A model generated the notes under the pieces. The model searched no databases and had not been told where the DNA came from. It saw only the letters and a list, made by a program, of their open reading frames with translations. A DNA stretch of 64,000 nucleotides, from assembly GCF_963921235.1 (NCBI RefSeq), contig NC_086100.1, positions 201,626,001-201,690,000 on the forward strand, given 5' to 3'. Numbering within the stretch: the first letter of the stretch is position 1; each line of letters starts with the position of its first letter. This DNA is from Mobula hypostoma (taxonomy: Eukaryota). Of the stretch, positions 12,956-25,385 are shown piece by piece. Position numbers and translations under genes: made by a program.

Positions 12956-13294
12956 ATCTTGAATGTCAAGTGACTAAACCTTCTTGACCAGCCTCCTTGT
13001 AAAATACCTTACTAGAGTCCATGTAGACAACATCCACTGCTTTGCCCTCATCTTCTTTCCTGGGAACTTCATCGAAAAACTCTGTAAGATTAGTTGAACA
13101 TGCCCTACCATACACAAAGCTGCACTAACTATCCTTAATCAGCCTATGTCTATCCAAATACTTATATATCCTGTCTCTTAGAATATCTTCCAATAACTTT
13201 CCCACAACTGATAACAGACCCACCAGCCTATAATTTCCTGGTTTCTGTTTAGAGCCTTTTTTAAACAGTGGAACAACATTAGCTATCCTCCAAT

Positions 13295-13970
13295 GACAAA
13301 CAAGAGAAAATCTGCAGACGCTGGAAATCCGAGCAACACACACAAAATGCTGGAGGAACTCAGCAGGCCAGGCAGCATCTATGGAAAAGAATACAGTCAA
13401 CATTTTGGGCTGAGACCCTTCGACAGGACTGGAGGTAAAAAAGCTGAGTAGATTTAAAAGGTGAGGGAAGGGAAGAGAGAAACTCAAATTGATAGGTGAA
13501 ACCTGAAAGGGGAAGGATGAAGTAAAGAACTGGGAAGTTGATTGGTGAAAGAGATACAGGGCCGGAGAAGGGGGAATCTGATAGGAGAGGACAGAAAGCC
13601 ATGGAAGAAAGAAAAGGGGGAGGAGCACAGAGCGAGGTGATGGGCGGGAAAGAAAATAAAGTGAGAGAGGGAAAAGGGGATGGTGAAAAGGGGAAGGGGA
13701 GGGGAGCATTACCAGAGTTTGAGAAATCAATGTTCATGCCATCGGGTCAGAGGCTACCCTGACAGAATATAAGGTGTTGTTCCTCCCTGAATGTGACCTC
13801 ATCATGACAGTGGAGGAGGCCATGGATAGACATATCGGAATGGGAATGGGGAGCAATATTAAAATGGGTGGTAACTGGGAGATCCTGCTTTTTCTGGTGG
13901 ATGGAGCGTAGGTGCTCAGTGAAGCGGTCTCCCAGTCTACGTCGGGTCTCACCGATATACAGGAGGTGAC
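13295..13970 (-). mobile_element. Penelope-like element 3' portion (GIY-YIG C-terminus plus terminal repeat)
   Basis: ...GSL*PDGMNIDFSN followed by the same purine-rich 3' region and terminal sequence as the intact copy at 35846-36704. Confidence 0.85.
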
Positions 13971-14011
13971 ACCAAGAGAGATGGAGTCAGAGGAATGAGA
14001 GAAGGGGATGG

Positions 14012-15230
14012 TCAGAATCAGAATCAGGTTTATTATCACCGGCATGTGACATGAAATTTGTTAACTTAGCAGCAGCAGTTCAATGCAATACATAATCTAG
14101 AAGAGAAAAAATTAATAAATAAGTACATCAATTACAGGATATGTATATTGAATAGATTAAAAAACATGCAAAAAACAGAAATACTGTACATTAAAAAAGT
14201 GAGGTAGTGTCCAAGAGTTCAATGTCCATTTAGGAATTGGGTGGCAGAGGGGAAGAAGCTGTTCCTGAATCACTGAGTGTGTGCCTTCAGGCTTCTGTAC
14301 CTCCCACCCAATGTAACAGTGAGAAAAGGGCATGCCCTGGGTGCCGGAGGTCCTTAATAATGGACGCTGTCTTTCTGAGACACCACTCCCTGAAGATGTC
14401 CTGGGTACTTTGTAGGCTGCGTTCATCCAGCGTGTTGTGAGTGTTGCTTTGACCCCAGCATCTGCAGAGTATTTTGTGTTTACTTTGTAGGCTAGTACCC
14501 AAGATGGAGCTGACTAGATTTACAACACTCTGCAGCTTCTTTCAGTCCTGTGCAGTACCAGACAGTGATGCAGCCTGTCAGAATACTCTCCACGGTACAT
14601 CTATAGAAGTTTTTGAGGGTACTTGTTGACATGCCAAATCTTTTCAAACTCCTAATAAAGTATAGCCGCTGTCTTGCCTTCTTTATAACTACATCAATAT
14701 GTTGGGACCAGGTTAGATCCTCAGAGATCTTGAAACTGCTCACTCTTTCCAGTTCTGATCCTTCTTTGAGGATTGGTATACGTTCCTTTGTCTCATCCTT
14801 CCTGAAGTCCACAATCAGCTCTTTCATCTTTCTGACATTGAGTGCCAGGTTGTCACTCCACTAGTTGACATACCTTACTCCTGTACACCCTCTCGTCACC
14901 ACCTGAGATTGAGGCAATGGGTCCAGTCCTTGCTGAGACAGGAGTTCAGTCTAGTCATGACCAACCTCTCAAAGCATTTCATCGCTGTCAATGTGAGTAC
15001 TAGCGGGCAACAGTCATTAAGGCAGCTCACATTATTCTTCTTAGGCACTGGTATAATTGTTGTCTTTTTTGAAGCAAGTGGGAACTTCCACCCATAGCAG
15101 TGAGAGGTTGAAAATGTCCTTGAATACTCCTGTTAGTTGGTTGGCACAGATTTTCAGAGCCTTACCGGGTACTCCATTGGGACCTTCCACCTTGCGAGAG
15201 TTCACTATCTTTAAAGACAGACTAACATCG
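14012..15230 (-). mobile_element. Rex1/Babar LINE fragment with (TCTGAT)n tail, containing a 62-bp PLE-end insertion at 14419-14480
   Basis: KKARQRLYFIRSLKRFGM...NFYRCTVESILTGCITVWY; insertion flanked by the 13-bp duplication TACTTTGTAGGCT (14406-14418 and 14481-14493). Confidence 0.85.
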
Positions 15231-15231
15231 G

Positions 15232-16130
15232 TGTTTTTACAAGTAACAGGGTGGGAGGAGGTGTAGTTAAGGGAGCTGTGAGAGTCTGTGGGTTTGTAAT
15301 AAATATTAGTAAATAAGCTGTCTCCAGAGATGGAGACAAAGGGATTGAGAAAGGAGAGGGAGGTGTCAGAAATGGACCAGGTAATTCTGAGGGCTCTAAT
15401 TTGCTCCATCTCCACTACATCTGCTCTCAGGATGAGGCTTTTCATTCCAGAACAAAGAAAATGTCCTCCTTCAAAGAAAGATGCTTCCCTTCCTCCACCA
15501 TCAATACTACCCTCACCTGCATCTCTTCCATTTCACATGTCTGTTGTCACTCTATCCTCCCGCCACCCTACAGGGATAGGGTTCCTCTTGTCCTCACCTA
15601 CCACCCGACCAGCCTCTACAACCAGCACACAATTCTCCACAACTTCCGCCATCTCCAACAGGATCCCATCACCAAGCACATCTTTCCCTCCCACCCCAAC
15701 CTCCACCCTTTCTGCTTTCCACAGGGATTAGTCCCTACACGACTTCCTTGTCCATTCATCCCTACTCACTGATCTCCCTCCTGGCACTTACCCTTGCAAG
15801 TGGAACACGTGCTACACCTGCCCCTACTCCACTGCACTCACTACCATTCAGGGCCATAAACAGTCCTTCCAGGTGAGGCAACACTTCACCTGAGTCTGTT
15901 AGAGTCATGTACTGTGTCCAGTGCCCCCGGTGTGGCCTCCTATCAACTTCCCTACCCTTTACTTCATCCCTCCCCCTCCAGGTTTCACCTATCACCTTGA
16001 GCTTCTCTCTCACCTCCCCCCCGCCTTTGAAATCTACTCAGCTTTTTTTCTCTAGTTCTGACAAAGGGTCTCAGCCCAAAACATTGACTGTACTCTTTTC
16101 CATAGATTCCTCCAGCATTTTGACTGTGTT
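15232..16130 (+). mobile_element. Penelope-like element with an inverted 5' segment (15232-15391 on -)
   Basis: + strand ICSQDEAFHSRTK...DRVPLVLTYHPT and YCVQCPRCGLL; - strand TWSISDTSL...IYYKPTDSHSSLNYTSSHPVTCKN. Confidence 0.8.
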
Positions 16131-17180
16131 GCTATCCTCCAATCCTCTGTCACCTCTCCTGTCGTTAAGGATGTTTTAATATTTTTGCTAGGACCCTGGC
16201 AATTTCTGCACTTGCCTTCTGTAGGGTCTGAGGGAACACCCTGTCAGGCCCTGGGGATTTATCCACTCTGGTTTGCCTCAGGGTAGCAAACACCTCCTCT
16301 GTAATCTGCACAGGGTCCATGAACTTGATGCTGCTTTGCGTTATTTCTATGGACTCTGTATCAAGCTTCTGAGTAAATACAGATGCAAATAAATCATTTA
16401 AGATCTTCCCCATCTGTTTTGGCTGCACGCATGGATTGCCATTCTGATCTTCCAGAGGACCAATTTTGTCCCTTGCTCTTCACATATCTGTAGAATCCCT
16501 TAGGATTCCCCTTCACCTTGTCTGCTAGATCAATTTCATGCCTTCGTTTAGCCTTTGTGATTTCTTTCTCTTGTACTTCATAAGCACCTCATTTGTTCCT
16601 ACTTGCCTATACCTGCTATGCACTTCCTTTTTTCTCTTAACTAGGATCTAAATATCTCTTGAAAACCAAGGTTTCCTGCACTAGTTATCGTCACCTTTTA
16701 TTCTGACAAGCACCTACAAGGTTTGTACTCTCAAAATTTTGTTCTTGAATGCCTCCCACTTACCAAGTACACCTTTGCCAGAAAATAGCCTGTCCCAAAC
16801 CACACTTGCCAGATCATTTCTGATACCAAGATTGACCTTTCTCCAATTTATTTATTTATTTTGAAATTAATGACATTGTGGTCATTGGATGCAAAATGTT
16901 CCCCTACATAAACGTCTCTCACCTGTCTTGTCTTTTTCCCTAATAGCAGATCAGGTATCGCATGCTCTGTCAGTGGGACTTCTATGTGCTGAGGAAGGAA
17001 GCTTTCCCGAACACATTTGTCAAACTCTATCCCATCTAGTCCTTTTACAGTAGAGATTCCCACCTACTATAACAGCATTGCATTTCTTTGCAACAGCTAC
17101 CATCTCTTTCTAATTTGTTCTTCTTAATCCCTAAGACTGTTGGGTGATCTGTAATTCAGCCCCATTAACATGGTCATTCT
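16130..17180 (-). mobile_element. Decayed CR1 ORF2 (endonuclease to RT linker)
   Basis: LNDLFASVFT...DKSPGPD and VGEHFASNDHNVINF. Confidence 0.8.
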
Positions 17181-17494
17181 CCCCCTTCCTGTCCAGTCCT
17201 GATGAAGGGTCTCAGCCCAAAACATCAACTATTTATTCCCCTCCATAGATGCGGAATTCCCCCAGTATTTTGTGTGATTCCCTCAGTCCCAGCTTCCCAG
17301 TCATTTCCATGTAACTATCTCTCTACTACCTCCCTGACTTTCCTGCCACCCAACACCCATCAACAACTCATTAACCTAACATCAGCACCCTTTTGGGATG
17401 GGAAAGCCCATACTGTGGGCCAGGTAGCATCTAGTTTACCATTGAAGCTGCTGCACTAACTGTAATCATAAAGATGAGATGCTGCAAATAAAAC

Positions 17495-18320
17495 AAGGAG
17501 CAGAGTTCGGCCATTTGGCCCATCAAGCTGCTCCACTATTTCATCATTGATCCATTTTTCCTGTCAGCCCCAGACTCCTGCCTTCTCCCAGTATCCCTTC
17601 ATGCCCTGACCAAACAAGAATCTATCAACCTCTACCTTAAATATACATACAGATTTGGCCTCCACAGCTGCCCGTGGCAACAAATTCCACAGATTCACCA
17701 CCCTCTGACTAAAGAAATTCCTCCTCACCTCCGTTGTAAAAGGATGTCCCTCTGAAGCTGTGTCCTTTGGTCTTAGACTGCCCCATCATTGGAAACATCC
17801 CCTCCACATCCTTCACCATTCGATAGGATTCAGTGAGATCCTCATCATTCTTCTGAATTCCAATAAGTACAGGGCCAGAGCCAACAACACTACTCGTATG
17901 TTAACCCTTTCATTCCCGGGATCATTTTCACAAACCTCCTCTGGGCCCTCTCCAATGTCAGCACATCCTTTCTAAAATAAGGGGCCTAAAACTGCTCACA
18001 ATACTCCAAGTAAAGCCTTACCAGTGTTTTATAAAGCCTCAACATTACATCCTGGCTTTTATATTCTAGTCCTCTGAAAACGAATGATAATATCACATTT
18101 GCATTCCTCACCACCAACTCAACCTACAAATTAACCTTTAGGGAATCCTGCACAAGGGCTCCCAAGTGCCTTTGCACGCTGGATTTTTGAATTTTCTCTT
18201 CATTTAGAAAATAGTCTATGCTTTTATTTTTTCTATGAAAGTGCATGACCATGCACTTTATGACACAGTTTTCCATCTGCCACTTCTTTGTGCATTCTCC
18301 CAGCCTTAAGTCCTCTGCAG
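17495..18320 (-). mobile_element. Decayed CR1 LINE 3' portion
   Basis: KWQME..VIKCMVMHF..KNKSIDYFLNEEKIQ plus CR1-type 3' UTR. Confidence 0.8.
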
Positions 18321-18655
18321 ACCCCCAGGGCACACTAAAAGATGATGGCAAAATGAGTGGGTGGGGGGGGGGGTGGCGTGAGAAGCTGGAAGGTGATAGA
18401 TGGAAAAGGTAAAGGGCTGAAGAAGGAATCTGTTAGGAGAGGAGAGGGAACCATGGAAGAAAGGAAAGAATGTGGGCAACTGAGGAGAAGAGATGGACGG
18501 GGAACCAAAATGGGGATTGGACAAAGAGGAGGGGAGATAAAAATTACTCGAAAGCAGAGTAATCGATGTTCGTGCTGACAGGTTGGAGGTTATCCAACCT
18601 GAGTTTGGCTTCAACGAGGCAGTAGAGGAGGAAATGGATAGACATGTCGAAATCG

Positions 18656-19321
18656 CAGACATCCCACCTCTTCCGGAAGTTCTGGGAGTCTCCTGCATAT
18701 TGACAGTGGCTTCCTGATGCCTGCAAATGATATACAATATCCCAGAAATCGACTCTTTTGAGAGCGAGAGAGAGAGAGCAAGAGTGAGTGAGAGAGACCA
18801 AGGGAGAGCAAGAGAGCGCAAGAAAGTGTGCGAGAGAGTGAGAGAGAGAGATTGTGAGAGAGAGCAAGAGTGAGTGCAAGAGATAGTGAGAGAAAGAGCG
18901 AGAGAGCGAGCAAGAGAGAAAGAGTATGAGAGAGTGCGAAAGAGCAAGGGGCAGTGTGAGAGTGAGAGAGAGAGCGCCATGGCAGAGTGTTCCAAAAAAA
19001 GAAATTATAAAACGTATTTTACCCCAGACTACACTAAAGTGTACCCCTGCCTAACAGGGATCAAAAATAATGACGGTGTTGCTCGCTGCACTGTTTGCAA
19101 CAGTGACTTTTCTATTGCCCATGGTGGGTTAAGACAGTAAAAGACATGTTGAGGTGAGTTTAACAGGTGTCATTCGTTCATTAGCATCGCTAACGTTATT
19201 TAAACTAGCTGGCTAGCTGCTAAGGAGCTACTCTATTGCAGACATCCCACCTCTCCCGGAATCTCCCGCAAATTGTTGGTGCTACCTCCCTGAAATGAGT
19301 TTCTGCAGGGTGGGATGTCTG
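18656..19321 (+). mobile_element. Non-autonomous hAT-like DNA transposon with BED-type zinc-finger remnant and internal (GA)n tract
   Basis: TIR CAGACATCCCAC...GTGGGATGTCTG; 6-bp flanking duplication AAATCG (18650-18655 and 19322-19327); MAECSKKRNYKTYF...ARCTVCNSDFSIAHGG at 18979-19140; inserted into a PLE fragment. Confidence 0.8.
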
Positions 19322-19329
19322 AAATCGGA

Positions 19330-19790
19330 AGTGGCCAGCTGAAGCTGTAGCAGACGACGAGTCGAATGGTCGGGTTTATTGTGCAGGAAAGTGCTGTCGA
19401 GCTCCATTCTTCCTGATTTTGTTAAATAGCTTGCTCCTGCTCCTAGTTTGGCCCTACTCCTCGCTGAATGGATTTCACTGCTGCCTCGCGGCTTTCCCGG
19501 ATCAAGGCTTTCTCTGCATTTCTCCGAACACGCCGCTGCCCTGCCCTCGGCGCTTGACTCGGAGTGCGAGTCCTCCTAACAGCGGCTCTTGCCGACGCTG
19601 CTCTTGTCGGCAGTGAAGTGCCACTGGCTGCTTTGTGATTGGTGGAGTGAATGCTGCCTGGCCTGCGCTTACTCCGTGGGTCAGTGGGCTGCGATCCAGG
19701 CACCTGTCTGCATGAGGGCAACGCTCCGTCAGGGCAGGGGGTAAGTGCGGCACCAAAAACAGGGGCTCACAGGTCTACTTTACAACGGAC
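19330..19790 (+). promoter_or_regulatory. CpG island with candidate non-coding first exon ending at 19740 (possible MOGS promoter)
   Basis: Unique CpG-rich sequence; reverse CCAAT (GATTGG ~19637); consensus donor GGG|GTAAGT at 19740/19741. The MOGS ATG exon has a splice acceptor, so an upstream exon is required. Confidence 0.5.
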
Positions 19791-20464
19791 GGTGTATGCT
19801 TGCAGTCCTTGGCCATCGCTGGGCTTTAGTCATCTCATCTGACATTTCACTTACTCGTAGATTACATTCCGGATACCTGTACCTATCAATCCCTTATTGA
19901 AAAAGGTGCTGGGAACATCTACAACACATGGATTTCTGTATCCATTGTCAGATAGTTTCCATTCTTTGGAGTACAGTCGTTGCATACCAATTCACATGGA
20001 CTTTGATAAAGCTTTCGAGAAGGTCCCTCAAGGTAGGCTGTACCAAGACACCAAGACAGATTTTAAATTGGCATGGTCAGGGTAGTGGTTATGTCTGTGC
20101 CCACTGGTGTTCTGCAAGGATTGGTACTGGGCCCTTTAAACGAAAATGTACTGTGCTAATCAAAACCCACCTTATTTTCACTGACTTACAGTGCAAAGGC
20201 AGAATTACTGTAAATTGCAAAATAATTATTGCAAAAAAAAGGATGAATCATTCAGAAATCTGGAGGAATGAAGCTGTTCCTAAATTGTTGAGAATGGGTC
20301 AACAACTTAGCCTGCTGTACCTCCTGCCTGATGGTCATAACAAGAGTAAGGACACAAACATTGGTGGAGTTGTTGACAGTGAGTTGAGGAAGTTGTCAAA
20401 CAATTCAATGAGATAGAGACCAGTTGGAAATATCAGCAGTTAAAAATAGCAGGTGCTGTTTAAG

Positions 20465-21640
20465 AACGGTACAGCACAGGAACAAGTACTTCAACCCACG
20501 ATGTTATACTGAATTAGTTAAAGCAATAACTCCTGACGAGCTCATGCCACTTCCCTGCACATTGACCATATGCTTCCCTTGTCTGCTTATTCATGTGCCC
20601 GTCTAAGAGTCTCTTAATCACCCTGATATTAGCAGCCTCTTCCACTACTCCATCAGGGTGGGGGCATTCCAGGCCCCCATCACTCACTGAGTAAAATAAT
20701 CACCTTCATACTTTTTCCCCCTCTCACCTTAAACACATGCCCTCCAATACGAGACATTTCAACCCTTGAGGAAAACTGGCAGTCTTCTCTATCTATGCCT
20801 TGCATAACTTTATAAATTTCCATCAAACCTCCCCTCTCCTTGGCCTCTGCCACTCTCAAAAAAAAACAGCCCAGCTTGTCCAACCTCTCATAGCACAGCA
20901 TCCTGGTTAACCTCCAAAACCTCCATGAGGCCACCAAAACTCAATACAATAGCCTAACCAGAGCTTTATAAAGCAGTGATATAATTTTCCATCTCTTGAA
21001 CTTAATCCCTCAACTAATAAAGGGAAGAATCCTGTCAACCTGTGCAGCCACTTTTATGGAGCTACCTACCTGGACACATGATGCCTCTGTTCAGGATCCT
21101 GACATTAACTGTGTACTCTTCCTTTATGTTTGACCTCCTGAAGTGTAGCACATCACAGTTGCCTGGATTAAACTCCATCTGTCATTCTCCACCCATACCT
21201 GCAAATACCTGCTGAATCGCTTAGCGATTCTTTAATCCACAAATTTTTGTGTCATCTAAACTTTCTGAGCCACCTTACCATATTTTCATATGACAAACAA
21301 GAGGCCCCAATACAAATCCCTGCAGAACACCTCTAGTCACAGACCACTATCCAGAACACCTCTGTTTTCCATGGAAAAAATACCAATATTGAATCCAATC
21401 AACCGAGTCACTATAGATCCTATGCATCCTAATGTCCTGGATGAGCCTACCGTGTGAGACCCTATCATATGCCTTACAAAAATCTATGTAGACAACATCC
21501 ACTGCTCTGTCTTCATCAATCACCTTTGTCATGTCTTTGATGAAATGTCTCAGATTGGTCAGGCATGATCTGTCCTGCACAAAGTCATGCCAACTGTCCT
21601 TAATTACACCATGCTTTTACAAATGTCTATAAACCTGATC
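20465..21640 (-). mobile_element. Decayed CR1 LINE
   Basis: RSCLTNL...AVDVVYIDFCKAYDRVSHGRLI and EIYKVMQGIDR. Confidence 0.8.
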
Positions 21641-21654
21641 CCTAAGAATCCTCT

Positions 21655-24280
21655 CAGTTGTGGGAAAGTTATTGGAAGGCAGTCTAAGGGACCAGATACA
21701 AATATATATTTGGATAGATATGGACTGATTAAGGATGGTCAGCATGGCTTTGTGAGTGTTAGGTCAAGTCCAACCAATCTTCAAAAGTTATTCTGGGGAA
21801 GTTACCAGGAAAGTAGATGAAGGCAAGGCAGTGGATGTTGTCTACATGGACCTTTGTAAGACATTTGACAAGGTCACACATGGGAGGTTGGTCAACAAGG
21901 TTCAGCTGCTTGGCATTTAAGGTGAGTTAGTAAGTTGGATTAGACATTGGCTTTGGGGGAGAAGCCAGATTGTAGTAGATGGTTGCCTGTCTGAGTGGAG
22001 GCCTGTGATTAGTGGAGTGCCACAGGAATTGATGCTGGCTCCGTTTAGTGTATCATCTGTATCAATGATCTGGATGGTAATGTGGTTAACTGGATCAGCA
22101 AATTTGCAGATGACACCAAGATTGGAGGTGTAGTGAACAGTGAGGAAGGCTATCCTGCCTTGCGGAGGCATCTGGACCAGCTGGGAAAATGGGCTGAAAA
22201 ATGACAGATGGAAATTAATACAGACGAGTGCAAGGTGTTCACTTTGGTCTTGTGCAGTGAATGGTAGAGCACTGAGGGATGTGGTAGAACAAAGGCATCT
22301 GGGAATACAGGTCCATAGTTCAGTGGCATCACAGTTAGGAGGGTCGCAAAGAAAGCTTTTGGAACATTGACCCTCATAAATCCAAGTATTGGATACAGGA
22401 GACGGGATGTTATGTTGAAGTTGTATAAGATGTTGGTCTATCCTAATTTAGATTATTGTGTGCAGATTTTGGTCACCTGCCTACAGAAAAGATGTAAACA
22501 AGGTTGACAGTGCAGAAAAAAATTACAAGGATGTTGCCGGGTCTGGAGGACCTGAGTTATTAGATTAGATTCAACTTTATTGTCATTGTGCCGAGTACAG
22601 ATACAAAGCCAATAAGATGCAGTTAGCATCTAACTAGAAATGCAAAGAATAGTGTTATTTACAAAATAACTGCGAATAAAAAGTAAGTGCTACAGCACAC
22701 AAATATAAAAGTACTGATTCAGTACAATACAGATGCAATACTGCTTAGCGCTGTGATGTGAGGTTCAGCAGCGTCACAGCCTCAGGGAAGAAACTCTTCC
22801 TTTGCCTGCTGGTGTGGGAGCGGAGGCTCCTGTAGCACCTACTGGATGGGAGGAGAGTAAAAAGTCCATGGTTAGGGTGAGATGCATCCTTGATAATGCT
22901 TTTCGCCCTGCCCAGGCAGCGTTTATGGTAAATGTTCTCAATGGTGGGCAGTTGGGTGCCAATAATCCGCTGGGCAGTTTTCACCACACGCTGGAGTGCT
23001 TTGTGGTCCGATACGGGACAATTGCCGTACCACACTGAGATGCAGTTGGTGAGTATGCTCTCAGTGGTACAGCAGTAAAAGTCCGTCAGTATCCTGGGAC
23101 AGAGGTGAGCTTTTTTTTGATCAGGATGGAGGAGTTCGGGGACCAGGCCTCGGAAATGTGGACACTAAGGAATTTGAAGCTTGATACACGCTCCACTACA
23201 GCTCTGTTGATGTAGATGGGGACGTGAGTGTGGCTCCTAGCATGCCTGAAGTCCACAATGATCTCCTCGGTCTTCTGGGTGTTAAAGGCCAGGTTGTTGT
23301 CAGCACACTACGTGGCTAGGTGCTGGACCTCGTCCCTGTAGGCCGTCTCGTCATCCCCTCTGATCAGGCCAACCACTGTGGTGTTGTCTGCGAACTTGAT
23401 TATGGAGTTAGAACCGTCTACAGGAACGCAGTCATAAGTGAAAAGGGAGTACAGAAGAGGGCTCAGCACACAGCCTTGAAGCACACTGGTGTTCACGGTG
23501 AGAGTGGAGGAGGAGAGGTTGTCTAACTTAACTGATTGGGGTCTGTTGGTCAGAAAGTCCAAGGTCCAATTGCAGAGGGAAGAGCTGATACCAAGCTGGT
23601 GAAGTTTGGCGATCACAGTATTGAATGCCGAACTAAAGTCAATGAACAACATTCTGATGTAAGAGTTGGGGCTGTCCAGGTGGGTCAGGGCAGAGTGAAG
23701 TGCCGTGGAGATGGCATCCTCTGATGACCTGTTGGTGCAATAGGCAAATTGATGGGGGTCCAGGGTGGTGGACAGACAGGATTTCAGATGTCATAGAACC
23801 AGTCTCTCAAAGCACTTTGCAATGATTGGGGTAAGTGCAACTGGACGTAAGTCATTCAGGCCCGTGGCAATTAAAAGGAAATATTGAATAGGTTGGGACT
23901 ATTCTTTAGAAGTAGAAGATTGAGAGGCGATTTGATAGAGGTATACAAAATTATGAGGGGTATATGTAAGGTAAATGCAAACAGGCTTTTTCCACTGAGG
24001 TTGGGTCATGGGTTAAGAGTGAAAGGTGAAATGTTTAAGGGGAACATGAGGGGAAACTTGTTTTCTCGGGGTGTGAGTGTGAAATGACCTGCCAGCACAA
24101 GTGTTCCATGCAAGCTCGATTTCAACATTTATGAGAAGTTTAGATAGCTACATGGATAGTAGGGACATGGAGAGCTATGGTCCAGGTGCAGGTCATTGGG
24201 AGCAGGCAGTTTAAATAGTTTTGGCGTGGACTAAAGGGGCCGAAGGGCCTATTTTTGTGCTGTACTTCTCTATGACTCTC
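21655..24280 (+). mobile_element. CR1 LINE 3' half, split by a Rex1 insertion (22561-23870)
   Basis: GLIKDGQHGFV; RMLPGLEDLSY breaks at ~22560 and resumes as LNRLGL...RRLRGDLIEVYKIMRG at ~23880. Confidence 0.82.
22561..23870 (-). mobile_element. Rex1/Babar LINE, 5'-truncated, (TCTAA)n tail
   Basis: [50 protein letters not shown]...ALQRVVKTAQRIIG. Confidence 0.9.
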
Positions 24281-24921
24281 AATTAGTCTCCCTACCACTG
24301 ACGTGTCATTCACTAGTCTATAAAACATAGCGCACTACCACACTGAAACAGTCCCTGCTGAACTCATACTTTGCCTTGTCCCATCAACCACACCTGGACT
24401 ATAGCCATCCATTCCCTACCCATCCAAATATTTATCCAAATATCTCTTATATTTTCATAGAACATAGAAAATCTACAGCACATTACAGGCCCTCAGCCCA
24501 CAATGTTGTGCCGACTATGTAACCTACTCTCGAAACTGCCTAGGATTTTCCTACTGCATAGCCCTCTATTTTTCTAAGCTCCATGTACCTATCTAAGAGT
24601 CTCTTAAAAGACCCTATTGTATCCACCTCTACCGTCTTCGGTGGCAGTGCATTCCACACACCTACCACTCTCTCTATAGCATTCACATAATTCCCGTAAT
24701 GTGACCAGAACTGAATAAGTTTATCCCTATTTCCCTTGAGCGAGAAAACAATAAAAACAATATTAGTGACCAACCAGTCTTCCAGCACCATCCATTAGTG
24801 GTGAAGATGTGAAGAAGTTTGTCAAGGGCCCAGCAGTCTCACCTCTCACCTCTCTTAATAACCTGAGGTATCTCCCATGGGGATGTAGCCATCTTAATAT
24901 TTTTCAAAACATCCAACACTA

Positions 24922-25385
24922 TCAGAATCAAGTTTATTATCACCGGCGTGTGATGTGAAATTTGTTAATTTGCGGCAGCAGTTCAATGCAATACATAATC
25001 TAGCAGAGAGAGAAAATAATAATAATAAAATAAAACCTAATAAATAAACAAGTAAATCAATCACATATATTGAATAGATTTTTTAAAAATGTGCAAAAAC
25101 AGAAATACTGTATATTTAAAAAAAGTGAGATAGTGTCCAAAACTTCAATGTCCATTTAGGAATCAGATGGCAGAGGGGAAGAAGCTGTTCCTGAATGGCT
25201 GAGTGTGTGCCTTCAGGCTTCTGTATCTCCTACCTGATGGTAACGGTGAGAAAAGGGCATGGCCTGGGTGCTGGAGGTCCTTAATAATGGACGCTGCCTT
25301 TCTGAGACCCTGCTCCCTAAAGATGTCCTGGGTACTTTGTAGGCTAGTGCCCAAGATGGAGCTGACTAGCTTTACAACCTTCTTT
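24922..25385 (-). mobile_element. Rex1/Babar 3' end, same family as 14012-14520
   Basis: KAASIIKDLQHPGHALFSPLPSGRRYRSL; near-identical to the 14012 copy. Confidence 0.85.

Noticed and set aside
18306..18995. 229-aa Ser/Leu-rich ORF
   Set aside because: Antisense reading of the (GA)n tract plus a PLE remnant.
19326..19333. ETS/GABP site CGGAAGTG as an ancestral promoter motif
   Set aside because: Overlaps the TSD and the interrupted PLE sequence, so it is probably TE-derived; function cannot be judged from sequence.
19419..19842. Short ORFs in the CpG island as protein-coding exons
   Set aside because: No recognisable homology; such ORFs are expected by chance in GC-rich sequence.
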